Positions 7,851-15,738 of a stretch of DNA of 15,738 bases are shown one piece after another. The position numbers and the translations under genes were made by a program. The notes beneath the pieces were generated by a model that did not search any database, was not told where the DNA came from, and saw nothing but the letters and a program-made list of their open reading frames with translations. The stretch is from Microcoleaceae cyanobacterium (lineage in GTDB: Bacteria > Cyanobacteriota > Cyanobacteriia > Cyanobacteriales > Microcoleaceae), in assembly GCA_051652765.1 (NCBI GenBank), contig JBOFUV010000124.1:1-15738 (forward strand), in the 5' to 3' direction. Positions within the stretch are counted from its first letter, which is position 1; each line of letters begins with the position of its first letter.

Positions 7851-8528
7851 ATGTTGAGAGATGAACACTCTACACCCTCTAACAGTTCTATGGATTTATT
7901 GAGGCTTTTGGAATACCTTGCGGTTATTAGTGCGGCTGTTGGTTCCCTGGCGGCGGCCTGGTTTGGGAAAATTCTTTATGCAGCTTCTCCAATGAGTGTG
8001 GCCCTATTTCTGAACTTGATTAACCGTCAGCGCCTAGAGCAAAGCACTCAGCAAACTCACTATCGCACAGACGCAGCGATCGCCGATGTTCAGACTGTGG
8101 TGCAATCTCTGCATGATCAGGTTCACGCTCAAGCTTCAGACTCAGGAGAACTGGATTCTATGACCCAAGTACTGACCGAGCTGCAGCGAGTCACCAAGAG
8201 CTTGGAAAGTGATGTCCTTCGTCAGCAGGACTGGGAGGTGATGAATGTGCAGTTCAAGCTGATGATGGAGAATGCGATTGCAGACTTGAAAGCGAGTGCT
8301 GACTTTAAGCCCCATGCTGCTGAAGATTTGGAGGTCACACAACCATTGTTAGGATCATCTCAATCTGCAGTTGAATCAAGCTCGCAGCCCCATCTTGATG
8401 GGTTAATTCTACAGGCTCGGTTGGAACTGATCCATCAGCAAGTGATTGAACTCGATCGGCAGAATCGGGAGTTGGTTAAACCCTATCTGCAACGACTGAT
8501 TCAAGCCGTGAAGCAATTGCAGAAGTAA
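7851..8528 (+). CDS. Hypothetical membrane-anchored coiled-coil protein
   Basis: 225-aa ORF (alternative start ATG 7890) with two N-terminal hydrophobic segments followed by NLINRQRL and L/Q/E-rich heptads. Contains a HIP1 site. Confidence 0.75.
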   Translation: MLRDEHSTPSNSSMDLLRLLEYLAVISAAVGSLAAAWFGKILYAASPMSVALFLNLINRQRLEQSTQQTHYRTDAAIADVQTVVQSLHDQVHAQASDSGELDSMTQVLTELQRVTKSLESDVLRQQDWEVMNVQFKLMMENAIADLKASADFKPHAAEDLEVTQPLLGSSQSAVESSSQPHLDGLILQARLELIHQQVIELDRQNRELVKPYLQRLIQAVKQLQK

Positions 8529-8639
8529 TCTGACTCCTCTGTAGTACAAAGTCAAACACTTTAGCGTTCACTTGAATTTACAACCTGTAACATAGAGTGT
8601 TCTAGACCTCAACATGATTGTTCACTGATATACAATGAG

Positions 8640-8669
8640 TTGACATGGAATCGTTGACTTAGTTAGTTT
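8640..8669 (+). promoter_or_regulatory. Candidate sigma70 promoter upstream of DUF502
   Basis: TTGACA (8640-8645), 18-nt spacer, TAGTTT (8664-8669). Confidence 0.4.
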
Positions 8670-8734
8670 AAGTTGGCCCGATATCGTCAGCGTCTTAGGG
8701 CAAAATAGGTTGAAGCTTAGGTTTGCCTTTAAAA

Positions 8735-8752
8735 GTTGTAAAGAATTGTTAA
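8735..8752 (-). promoter_or_regulatory. HLR1-like (RpaB) direct repeat
   Basis: Minus strand reads TTAACAAT-TC-TTTACAAC versus the consensus (G/T)TTACA(T/A)(T/A)-N2-repeat, with one mismatch per half. Confidence 0.45.
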
Positions 8753-8927
8753 AGGCAATGTGTTACCTTAAGGAATGTTCTCAAATTTGCCTTCATATAA
8801 AGGCTTATCACTAAGAGATATTCAACTCCCTAAGGGTCGGGTCAAGCATGGACGATAGCCCCTTGAGGCTAGTTCTGAAAGGTTAGCAATTTGAGGCAGT
8901 CCTTTGAAAGAGGAGATTATACCCCCT

Positions 8928-9656
8928 GTGTTCCAGCGCATCAAGCAGGATTTAAAAAATGACCTGATTGCAGGCTTGCTAGTCGTGATTCCTTTAGCAA
9001 CCACGATCTGGTTGACCTTGACCATTTCTGCCTCGGTGATTGAGTTTCTGACTCGAATTCCGAAGCAGCTCAATCCTTTTAATGATTTACATCCTATTCT
9101 GGTCACCCTGCTCAATGTTGCTGTGGGGTTGGCTGTCCCATTACTGAGTATTTTGTTTATTGGTTTAATGGCCCGCAATATTGCAGGTCAATGGTTGCTA
9201 GATGTAGGGGAGAGGATCTTGCAGGCAATCCCCCTTGCTGGACTAGTGTACAGAACCCTCAAACAGCTCTTGGAGACGATTTTACGGGACTCTAATGATC
9301 GGTTTCGACGAGTCGTATTAGTGGAGTATCCCAGACATGGGGTTTGGAGCCTAGCCTTTGTGACAGGGATAATGAATAGCGAGATTCAGTCTCACCTTTC
9401 GGATGAGATGGTCAGTGTGTTCATTCCGACCACGCCCAATCCAGCCAGTGGATGGTACGCAGTCGTTCCCAGTCATGAACTGGTTAATCTTTCCCTCTCG
9501 GTCGAAGATGCCTTTAAGATTATTGTGTCGGGTGGAATTGTGAGTGCCAACCCTCCTCTTAAACCGGCAGTGACTCAATCCCAAGGGGAACCTCAACGAT
9601 CTTTCTTTGGGAATGAACGTCGGCTACAAACGGTTCCTCCTGAAACAGAAGAGTGA
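8928..9656 (+). CDS. DUF502 domain-containing membrane protein
   Basis: Motifs KQDLKNDLIAGLLVVIPLATTIWL, VVLVEYPR, VFIPTTPNPASGW and VEDAFKIIVSGGIV. GTG 8928 follows AGGAG (8911-8915); the track starts at TTG 8904. Confidence 0.92.
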   Translation: MFQRIKQDLKNDLIAGLLVVIPLATTIWLTLTISASVIEFLTRIPKQLNPFNDLHPILVTLLNVAVGLAVPLLSILFIGLMARNIAGQWLLDVGERILQAIPLAGLVYRTLKQLLETILRDSNDRFRRVVLVEYPRHGVWSLAFVTGIMNSEIQSHLSDEMVSVFIPTTPNPASGWYAVVPSHELVNLSLSVEDAFKIIVSGGIVSANPPLKPAVTQSQGEPQRSFFGNERRLQTVPPETEE

Positions 9657-9793
9657 TATCTTTACTAGTGGTTTGTCTAGATGAGGTTGACGCTGGACAA
9701 CCCAACAGTCTTAAATGCTTGTTGAGTTTCGCAAGCTCCACACCTACTTAACATAACTCAATCAAGTTTGACAAACCACTCAGGTATTACCAA

Positions 9794-9832
9794 GGTCAAT
9801 AACAGTGGTCAATAACAGTGGTCAACAACAGT
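9794..9832. repeat. Tandem repeat, 13-bp unit x3
   Basis: GGTCAATAACAGT, GGTCAATAACAGT, GGTCAACAACAGT. Confidence 0.92.
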
Positions 9833-9877
9833 TTTCATCTTGATTAGCAAGGTTACATACAAGGTTAGATAAGGGTT

Positions 9878-10540
9878 ATGCAAGCTCGTCGAAGTGCCCG
9901 AGAACTCGCTCTTTTGAGCATCAGTCAACTTCCTACAACTCCTGAACGGGTAGAAGTTCAACAAATTCAGGATATTGTGATCGCAGCAGTGCGGAGTCTT
10001 GTTGCTGAGAGCTATGAATCTCTGGAGGCAGCGATGGCAGAATTGCAACGGGGCAGCGATCGCCTCTTGGCTAGTCAGTTTCGGGCCAGTGATTTACCCA
10101 CCGCACAATCCATGGTTCAGGATGCCATCGAACTTGCCCAGGCAGCAATCAATCGCGTCGGAACGGCGATTGAATTGCCAGAGTTGTTACAACTGTCCAG
10201 GCAGGCAGAAATTCACGCCTACGCGATTGAGATCTTAGTTGAAGTGAATGTCAACCGCGCAGAAATTGACCAGCGGATCAGCGACGCGATGGTAGACTGG
10301 CAGATAAATCGCTTACCCAGACTGGATCGGGATATTCTGCGAATTGCGGTTGCGGAGGTGTTTTACTTGAAAACTCAAGAACAAGTTGCCCTAAACGAGG
10401 CTGTAGAATTGGCCAAGCGTTATGGAGACGACGAAAGTTATCGGTTTATTAATGGAGTACTGCGGCGGGTTGTCGATCGGAAAAAAGCCAGTGAACAGCC
10501 CCCTGAAGAGTTGCAAGTTCAAGACCAGACGGGGAGTTAA
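9878..10540 (+). CDS. nusB: Transcription antitermination factor NusB (long cyanobacterial form)
   Basis: N-terminal RRSARELAL, WQINRLPRLDRDILRIAVAE, and NEAVELAKRYG...FINGVL. Confidence 0.96.
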   Translation: MQARRSARELALLSISQLPTTPERVEVQQIQDIVIAAVRSLVAESYESLEAAMAELQRGSDRLLASQFRASDLPTAQSMVQDAIELAQAAINRVGTAIELPELLQLSRQAEIHAYAIEILVEVNVNRAEIDQRISDAMVDWQINRLPRLDRDILRIAVAEVFYLKTQEQVALNEAVELAKRYGDDESYRFINGVLRRVVDRKKASEQPPEELQVQDQTGS

Positions 10541-10542
10541 TC

Positions 10543-10570
10543 TGTTAATTTGTAGTTGTTAATTTATAGT
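10543..10570. repeat. 14-bp tandem duplication between nusB and recN
   Basis: TGTTAATTTGTAGT / TGTTAATTTATAGT. Confidence 0.8.
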
Positions 10571-10614
10571 TCAGAGTCATTCGATTTTATAACCTTTAAG
10601 CGTTTGGGGCCAAG

Positions 10615-12447
10615 ATGCTGCTGTCCCTTCGGATTGAAAATTTTGCTCTGATTGATCAGCTCGATCTTGACTTTGGACTGGGCCTGAACGTCTTTACCGG
10701 AGAAACAGGGGCAGGGAAATCGATCATCCTTGATGCCGTTGATGCCGTTTTGGGTGGTAAAGCAGAGCGGCGCGCAATTCGGACAGGGGCAACCCGAGCT
10801 ATTTTAGAAGCTACATTTGAAGTCAATCCAGTGGTTGCAGCCTGGATTACCCAACAGGAGATTGACCTAGTCGATGGCACACTGATTGTTTGTAGCCGAG
10901 AAATTTCTGAAGTTCAGGGGAAACTCCGCACCCGCTCTCGGGTGAATGGAATTTTAGTCAATCGTAAGTTGATCGAGCAACTGCGCGATCGCCTGCTAGA
11001 GATTACGGCCCAAGGTCAAACCGTGCAACTATTAGCAGCAGACTCTCAAAAAGACTGGCTCGATCTCTATGGGGGGCCAGCGATTGTCGAAGCGCGACAA
11101 ACCGTTGCTGAGTGTTATGGCCAGATGCAACAGGCGAAGGCGGCCCTGGACAATCGCCGCCAACTGGAACAGCACCGTTTGCAACGGCTAGATTTGTTAC
11201 AGCATCAGGTGCAAGAGCTGGATGCCGCCCAGCTAACGGATGCCGATGAACTGGATATCCTCAAACAAGAACAGCAACGACTCAGTCATGTGGTGGAGCT
11301 ACAGCAACAAAGTTACCAAGTTTACCAAGCTCTGTACCAGCGGGAGGACGGCAATGCCGCAGCGGATTTGCTGAGTCAGGCGGAAGCTACCCTCACTGAT
11401 TTGATTGAGTATGATGCCCAACTCCAACCGATTTTGGCAATGGTAGAAGAAGCCTTGGCCCAGATCACTGAGGCTGGACGGCAGATCGGCAGCTATGGAG
11501 AACAGTTGGAGTCTGACCCCCAACAGTTGCAAGACGTTGAGGATCGGATTCAAGAACTGAAGCAGCTTTGTCGTAAGTATGGACAAACCTTGGCAGAGGT
11601 GCTGACCTATGGGGAAAATATTCGGGGGGAACTAGCGGAACTGCAAGATCACGAACAGTCTCTGGAGGCTCTAGAACAGACCTACAAACAAACCAAGAAG
11701 AAACTCACCCAAGCCTGTGAAGTCTTGACTCACCTGCGTCAGCAAACGGCTTACCAACTTGAAACCAGCTTAGTCCAAGAACTGAAGCCATTGGCCATGG
11801 ATAAAGTGCAGTTTCAGGTTGAGATTACCCCTATGCCTCCAACTTCATCGGGGGCCGATCAGATTCAATTTTGCTTTAGCCCCAACCCTGGAGAGCCTTT
11901 GCAACCCTTGAGCGAGACCGCTTCGGGGGGAGAGATGAGCCGATTTTTACTTGCTTTAAAAGCTTGTTTTTCTCAGGTAGAAGGGTCTGGAACCCTGGTG
12001 TTTGATGAAATTGATGTGGGGGTTTCTGGCAAAGTAGCTGGCGCGATCGCCCAGAAACTCTATCAACTCAGTCAAGCTCATCAAGTACTCTGCGTGACTC
12101 ACCAGCCCATTGTGGCAGCCATGGGCGATCGCCATTTTCAGGTGAGAAAAGAAGTGATTCTAGATTCAGACAGTCCCCATTCATTGGAAACTTCACTAGA
12201 AACTTCACTGGAAACTTTACCTAAACCCTCAATGAATGGAGTGGGTCATACGGAACGAACCGTTGTTCGAGTGACTCTCTTGAATGATATGCAACGCCGA
12301 GAAGAGTTGGCCCAGCTTGCGAGTGGACAATCCTCTGCCCAAGAGGCGATCGCTTTTGCCGATTCTTTATTAGCAAAAGCCAAATTATTGCGACAACCTC
12401 AATCCAAATCACCTCACTCTAGATCACCTCGTTCACGCCGGAAATAG
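10615..12447 (+). CDS. recN: DNA repair protein RecN
   Basis: LRIENFALID, Walker A TGETGAGKS, long coiled coil, signature ASGGEMSR, Walker B LVFDEIDVG and QVLCVTH. Confidence 0.98.
   Translation: MLLSLRIENFALIDQLDLDFGLGLNVFTGETGAGKSIILDAVDAVLGGKAERRAIRTGATRAILEATFEVNPVVAAWITQQEIDLVDGTLIVCSREISEVQGKLRTRSRVNGILVNRKLIEQLRDRLLEITAQGQTVQLLAADSQKDWLDLYGGPAIVEARQTVAECYGQMQQAKAALDNRRQLEQHRLQRLDLLQHQVQELDAAQLTDADELDILKQEQQRLSHVVELQQQSYQVYQALYQREDGNAAADLLSQAEATLTDLIEYDAQLQPILAMVEEALAQITEAGRQIGSYGEQLESDPQQLQDVEDRIQELKQLCRKYGQTLAEVLTYGENIRGELAELQDHEQSLEALEQTYKQTKKKLTQACEVLTHLRQQTAYQLETSLVQELKPLAMDKVQFQVEITPMPPTSSGADQIQFCFSPNPGEPLQPLSETASGGEMSRFLLALKACFSQVEGSGTLVFDEIDVGVSGKVAGAIAQKLYQLSQAHQVLCVTHQPIVAAMGDRHFQVRKEVILDSDSPHSLETSLETSLETLPKPSMNGVGHTERTVVRVTLLNDMQRREELAQLASGQSSAQEAIAFADSLLAKAKLLRQPQSKSPHSRSPRSRRK
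12181..12216 (+). repeat. In-frame 12-bp repeat x3 encoding SLET SLET SLET in RecN
   Basis: TCATTGGAAACT, TCACTAGAAACT, TCACTGGAAACT. Confidence 0.9.
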
Positions 12448-12526
12448 GGAACCTCACCTCACTCAGATTTAGATAATTTGTACTAGGATAATAAACACTT
12501 CCGCAGAAATTGTCCTAGGTTAAATT

Positions 12527-15178
12527 ATGGTTAATAGAGTTACAAATATCCCAGAGCTAGAGGACTTGATCAAGCGAGTTAAAGCAGCTCAAACTCAGTA
12601 TGCCTCCTTTACTCAAGCGCAAGTAGACAATATTTTCAAAAAAGCAGCCCTAGCCAGTAATGCTGCCCGAATTCCGCTCGCCAAAATGGCCGTAGAAGAA
12701 ACTGGAATGGGAGTGGTTGAAGATAAAGTAATCAAAAATCATTTTGCTTCAGAAATTATTTACAACAAGTACAAGCATGAAAAAACCTGCGGTGTCATTG
12801 AAGAAGATAAATCCTTTGGGTTTCAACGGATTGCTGAACCTGTTGGAATTCTAGCGGGAATTGTCCCCACGACAAATCCAACCTCAACGGCGATTTTCAA
12901 GGCGTTGATTGCCCTTAAAACCCGCAACGCCATTATTTTCTCTCCCCATCCTCGGGCCAAGAAATGCACCAATGAAGCCGCCCGAATTGTGTTGGAGGCC
13001 GCCGTTAAGGCAGGAGCCCCCCCAGACATCATTGGTTGGATTGATGAACCTACCGTTTCCCTCTCTCAGGCGTTGATGCAGCATCCTGACATCAAGTTAA
13101 TTTTGGCGACAGGGGGCCCCAGCATGGTCAAAGCAGCCTATTCTTCGGGGCATCCTTCCTTGGGCGTTGGGGCTGGGAACACTCCAGCCCTGATTGACGC
13201 TTCTGCCCACATTAAAATGGCAGTTTCTTCGATTATTCACAGTAAGACCTTCGACAACGGCATGATCTGTGCCAGTGAACAATCTGTGGTGGTCGTTGAG
13301 GAAGTTTATGAGGAAGTCAAGGCAGAGTTTAAGGCTCGGGGGGCTTATTTTCTGACTCCCGAAGAACGGACAAGGATGGCGAATCTAATGATTGTGAACG
13401 GTCGCCTCAACGCTGAAATTGTCGGTCAGCCTGTGAAAAAACTTGCAGAATTAGCCAGTGTTGAAGTGCCTGACAATACACGGGTGATTATTGGCGAAGT
13501 CGAAGAGATTAGCACAGCCGAACCCTTTGCCTATGAGAAACTCTCCCCGATCTTGGCGATGTACCATGCCAAAACCTTTGAAGAAGCGGTAGAAAAGGCA
13601 GAGAAACTGGTTGAGTTTGGAGGACGGGGACATACAGCGGCGCTCTACACCGATCCAGGTAACACTGACCATATCAAGCGGTTTGAAGATACCGTAGAAA
13701 CAGCGCGGGTCTTGATTAACACCCCCTCTTCCCAAGGGGCAATTGGGGATATTTACAACTTCCGGCTTGATCCGTCTTTAACTTTGGGTTGTGGAACTTG
13801 GGGTGGCAACTCCATTAGTGAGAACGTCGAACCCCACCACTTGTTGAATATCAAGACAGTGGCAGAACGGCGGGAAAATATGCTTTGGTTTCGGGTTCCT
13901 CCCAAAATTTACTTCAGATATGGCGCTCTAACAACAGCGATTCGGGAATTGGCAGGTAAAAAGCGAGCCTTTATCATCACGGACAAGCCCATTTACGAAT
14001 TGGGGATGACCACGGTTCTAGAGGAAGTCTTGGTAGAAATTGGTCTGAAATATGACATCTTCTACGATGTGGAACCCGACCCTTCCTTGGATACCGTCTA
14101 CCGTGGCTTAGTGTTGATGAATAACTTTGAACCCGATGTGATTATTGCCATTGGTGGAGGCTCTCCCATGGATGCCGCCAAGATCATGTGGCTGATGTAC
14201 GAACATCCAGAAATTGAGTTTGAAGGGTTGGCGATGCGGTTTATGGATATTCGCAAACGGGTGTACGAGCTGCCTCCATTAGGGGAAAAGGCAATCCTGG
14301 TGGCAATTCCCACCACATCAGGAACGGGATCAGAAGTGACTCCCTTTGCCGTTGTCACCGACCGGGCCAACAATATTAAGTATCCCCTAGCAGACTACGC
14401 CCTCACCCCAAATATGGCGATTATTGACCCTGAACTGGTCTTGAATATGCCTAAAGAGTTGACCGCGTTTGGGGGAATTGATGCCCTCACCCATGCGATA
14501 GAAGCCTATGTTTCTGTCCTGGCCTCGGAATATACCAACGGTTTAGCCTTAGAAGCGATCCGGTTAATCTTTAAGTATCTGCCCAGTGCCTACGAAAATG
14601 GAGCCCACGATCAAAAGGCGCGGGAAAAAATGCACTACGCTGCAACCATGGCAGGAATGGCTTTTGCCAATGGCTTCCTGGGAATTTGTCACTCGATGGC
14701 TCACCAGTTGGGGGCAATTTTTCACGTTCCCCATGGGTTAGCCAATGCGTTGATGATTCCCCATGTGATTCGCTACAATGCCACCGATGCCCCGTTCAAA
14801 CAGGCAACCTTTTCTCAGTATAAATATCCCAATGCCAAGTGGCGCTATTCTCGGATTGCAGACTACTTGACCCTAGGGGGTGAAACAGAAGATGAAAAGG
14901 TGGATCGATTAATTCTGGCAATTGACGAACTGAAGCAAAAGGTTGGCATTCCGCTCGCAATTAAAAATGTGATCAAAGAAAGTGAAGCGGAGTTTTTGGC
15001 AAAAATTGATGAGCTATCTGATCAAGCTTTTGACGATCAGTGTACGGGCGCTAATCCCCGCTATCCCTTGATCAGCGACTTGAAGCAACTACTGCTGGAT
15101 GCTTACTACGGTCGCTCCTTGGTTGCTGTTGAACAGAATGGCCATGGCGCAGTTCCTCAAGGGAGTCTGGCGACATGA
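12527..15178 (+). CDS. adhE: Bifunctional acetaldehyde-CoA/alcohol dehydrogenase
   Basis: 883 aa. The ALDH domain has PTTNPTST and the catalytic DNGMICASEQ, followed by LGCGTWGGNS. The Fe-ADH domain has GGGSPMDAAK, PTTSGTGSE, DALTHAIE, GICHSMAH and HGLANA. Confidence 0.98.
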   Translation: MVNRVTNIPELEDLIKRVKAAQTQYASFTQAQVDNIFKKAALASNAARIPLAKMAVEETGMGVVEDKVIKNHFASEIIYNKYKHEKTCGVIEEDKSFGFQRIAEPVGILAGIVPTTNPTSTAIFKALIALKTRNAIIFSPHPRAKKCTNEAARIVLEAAVKAGAPPDIIGWIDEPTVSLSQALMQHPDIKLILATGGPSMVKAAYSSGHPSLGVGAGNTPALIDASAHIKMAVSSIIHSKTFDNGMICASEQSVVVVEEVYEEVKAEFKARGAYFLTPEERTRMANLMIVNGRLNAEIVGQPVKKLAELASVEVPDNTRVIIGEVEEISTAEPFAYEKLSPILAMYHAKTFEEAVEKAEKLVEFGGRGHTAALYTDPGNTDHIKRFEDTVETARVLINTPSSQGAIGDIYNFRLDPSLTLGCGTWGGNSISENVEPHHLLNIKTVAERRENMLWFRVPPKIYFRYGALTTAIRELAGKKRAFIITDKPIYELGMTTVLEEVLVEIGLKYDIFYDVEPDPSLDTVYRGLVLMNNFEPDVIIAIGGGSPMDAAKIMWLMYEHPEIEFEGLAMRFMDIRKRVYELPPLGEKAILVAIPTTSGTGSEVTPFAVVTDRANNIKYPLADYALTPNMAIIDPELVLNMPKELTAFGGIDALTHAIEAYVSVLASEYTNGLALEAIRLIFKYLPSAYENGAHDQKAREKMHYAATMAGMAFANGFLGICHSMAHQLGAIFHVPHGLANALMIPHVIRYNATDAPFKQATFSQYKYPNAKWRYSRIADYLTLGGETEDEKVDRLILAIDELKQKVGIPLAIKNVIKESEAEFLAKIDELSDQAFDDQCTGANPRYPLISDLKQLLLDAYYGRSLVAVEQNGHGAVPQGSLAT

Positions 15179-15232
15179 ACTGACGTTGCATCCTCTTGAA
15201 CCCCCCACTTATTAAGCAGATGACTTTAAGCA

Positions 15233-15274
15233 ATCCCTTCCAACCTTCCCTGGGTAAGGGGAAGTTGGGAGGAT
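15233..15274. terminator. Long imperfect inverted repeat between convergent genes (terminator or REP-like element)
   Basis: ATCCCTTCCAACCTTCCC(T)...AGGGGAAGTTGGGAGGAT. There is no U-tract on either strand, so a terminator function is uncertain. Confidence 0.45.
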
Positions 15275-15387
15275 GTGAATAGGGCAATCTGATTTGAGTC
15301 ATCAGTGGAGCATCTTACCCACCCGGGCTAGAAACAACCTACTCTACAGACCTCTCAAATCATTCCTAGTTGCTAGTTAACTGAAAA

Positions 15388-15738
15388 TTAACTGGGCTCT
15401 GCTGGAATTGTGATGTCAATCGCAGTCACTTTTTGTGAATCGCTGAGGCTTGACAACGGGGGTTGAATTTCAGTATCGCTGCCAACGACAAGGGTGACCA
15501 TATTTTGGGGTTGCAAATATTGCTCTGCGACCCGCTGAACATCTTTAAGTGTTGTCGCTTCAACTTCCCGGCGATATTGAAAAATAAAATCTTTTGGATA
15601 GCCATAATATTCATACCGCATCAATCGTGACAAGGTTTGGCTAGGACTTTCAAAGTTGAAAATAAATGAATTCAGAGTTGAATCTTTAGCGTAGTCCAGC
15701 TCTTTGGGTAAAACAGGTTCCTGACGAACCTTTTCTAA
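15388..15738 (-). CDS. M16 (pitrilysin/insulinase) family peptidase, C-terminal 116 aa; 5' part outside the window
   Basis: The frame is open from the window edge: LEKVRQEPVLPKELDYAKDSTLNSFIFNFESPSQTLSRLMRYEYYGYPKDF...VEATTLKDVQRVAEQYLQPQNMVTLVVG, a typical M16 C-terminal pattern. Confidence 0.88.
   Translation of the reverse strand, partial: LEKVRQEPVLPKELDYAKDSTLNSFIFNFESPSQTLSRLMRYEYYGYPKDFIFQYRREVEATTLKDVQRVAEQYLQPQNMVTLVVGSDTEIQPPLSSLSDSQKVTAIDITIPAEPS

Larger units (their letters stand above)
1842..12353. repeat. Dispersed HIP1 octamers (GCGATCGC), 10 copies
   Basis: Copies start at 1842, 3377, 4183, 5656, 8076, 10056, 10985, 12043, 12125 and 12346 (manual count). HIP1 is a cyanobacterial hallmark. 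Confidence 0.9.

Noticed and set aside
9768..9796. TTGACA as the -35 element of a nusB promoter
   Set aside because: No acceptable -10 hexamer at 16-18 nt spacing.
8822..15302. Short antisense or alternate-frame ORFs over DUF502, nusB, recN and adhE (likewise those over uvrB, DUF2237, mlaD and ftsW)
   Set aside because: They are shadows of well-supported genes, with no independent motifs.

Overview
Cyanobacterial chromosomal region, mostly housekeeping genes. Ten HIP1 GCGATCGC octamers and cyanobacterial-type NusB, DUF502 and MlaD support the assignment. Gene order: DUF1643 protein (-), uncharacterised protein with four [NH]RP[IV] repeats (-), uvrB (+), DUF2237 (+), MlaD/MCE protein (-), ftsW-like SEDS gene (-), a heavily decayed ABC1/AarF/UbiB kinase pseudogene (+) largely missed by the ORF track, a membrane-anchored coiled-coil hypothetical (+), DUF502 (+), nusB (+), recN (+), adhE (+), and the 3' end of an M16 peptidase (-). 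I see no rRNA, tRNA, CRISPR array or transposase. Most of the longer intergenic spacers carry their own short tandem duplication (units of 7-19 bp). I cannot support a clear-cut new multi-gene system. The best leads are: (i) the NRPI-repeat protein and the glycosylase-like DUF1643 divergent from uvrB; (ii) a long, structured leader with a boxA-like element and RpaB/HLR1-like sites ahead of DUF502-nusB-recN; (iii) the kinase pseudogene. All family calls come from motif recognition, not database searches.
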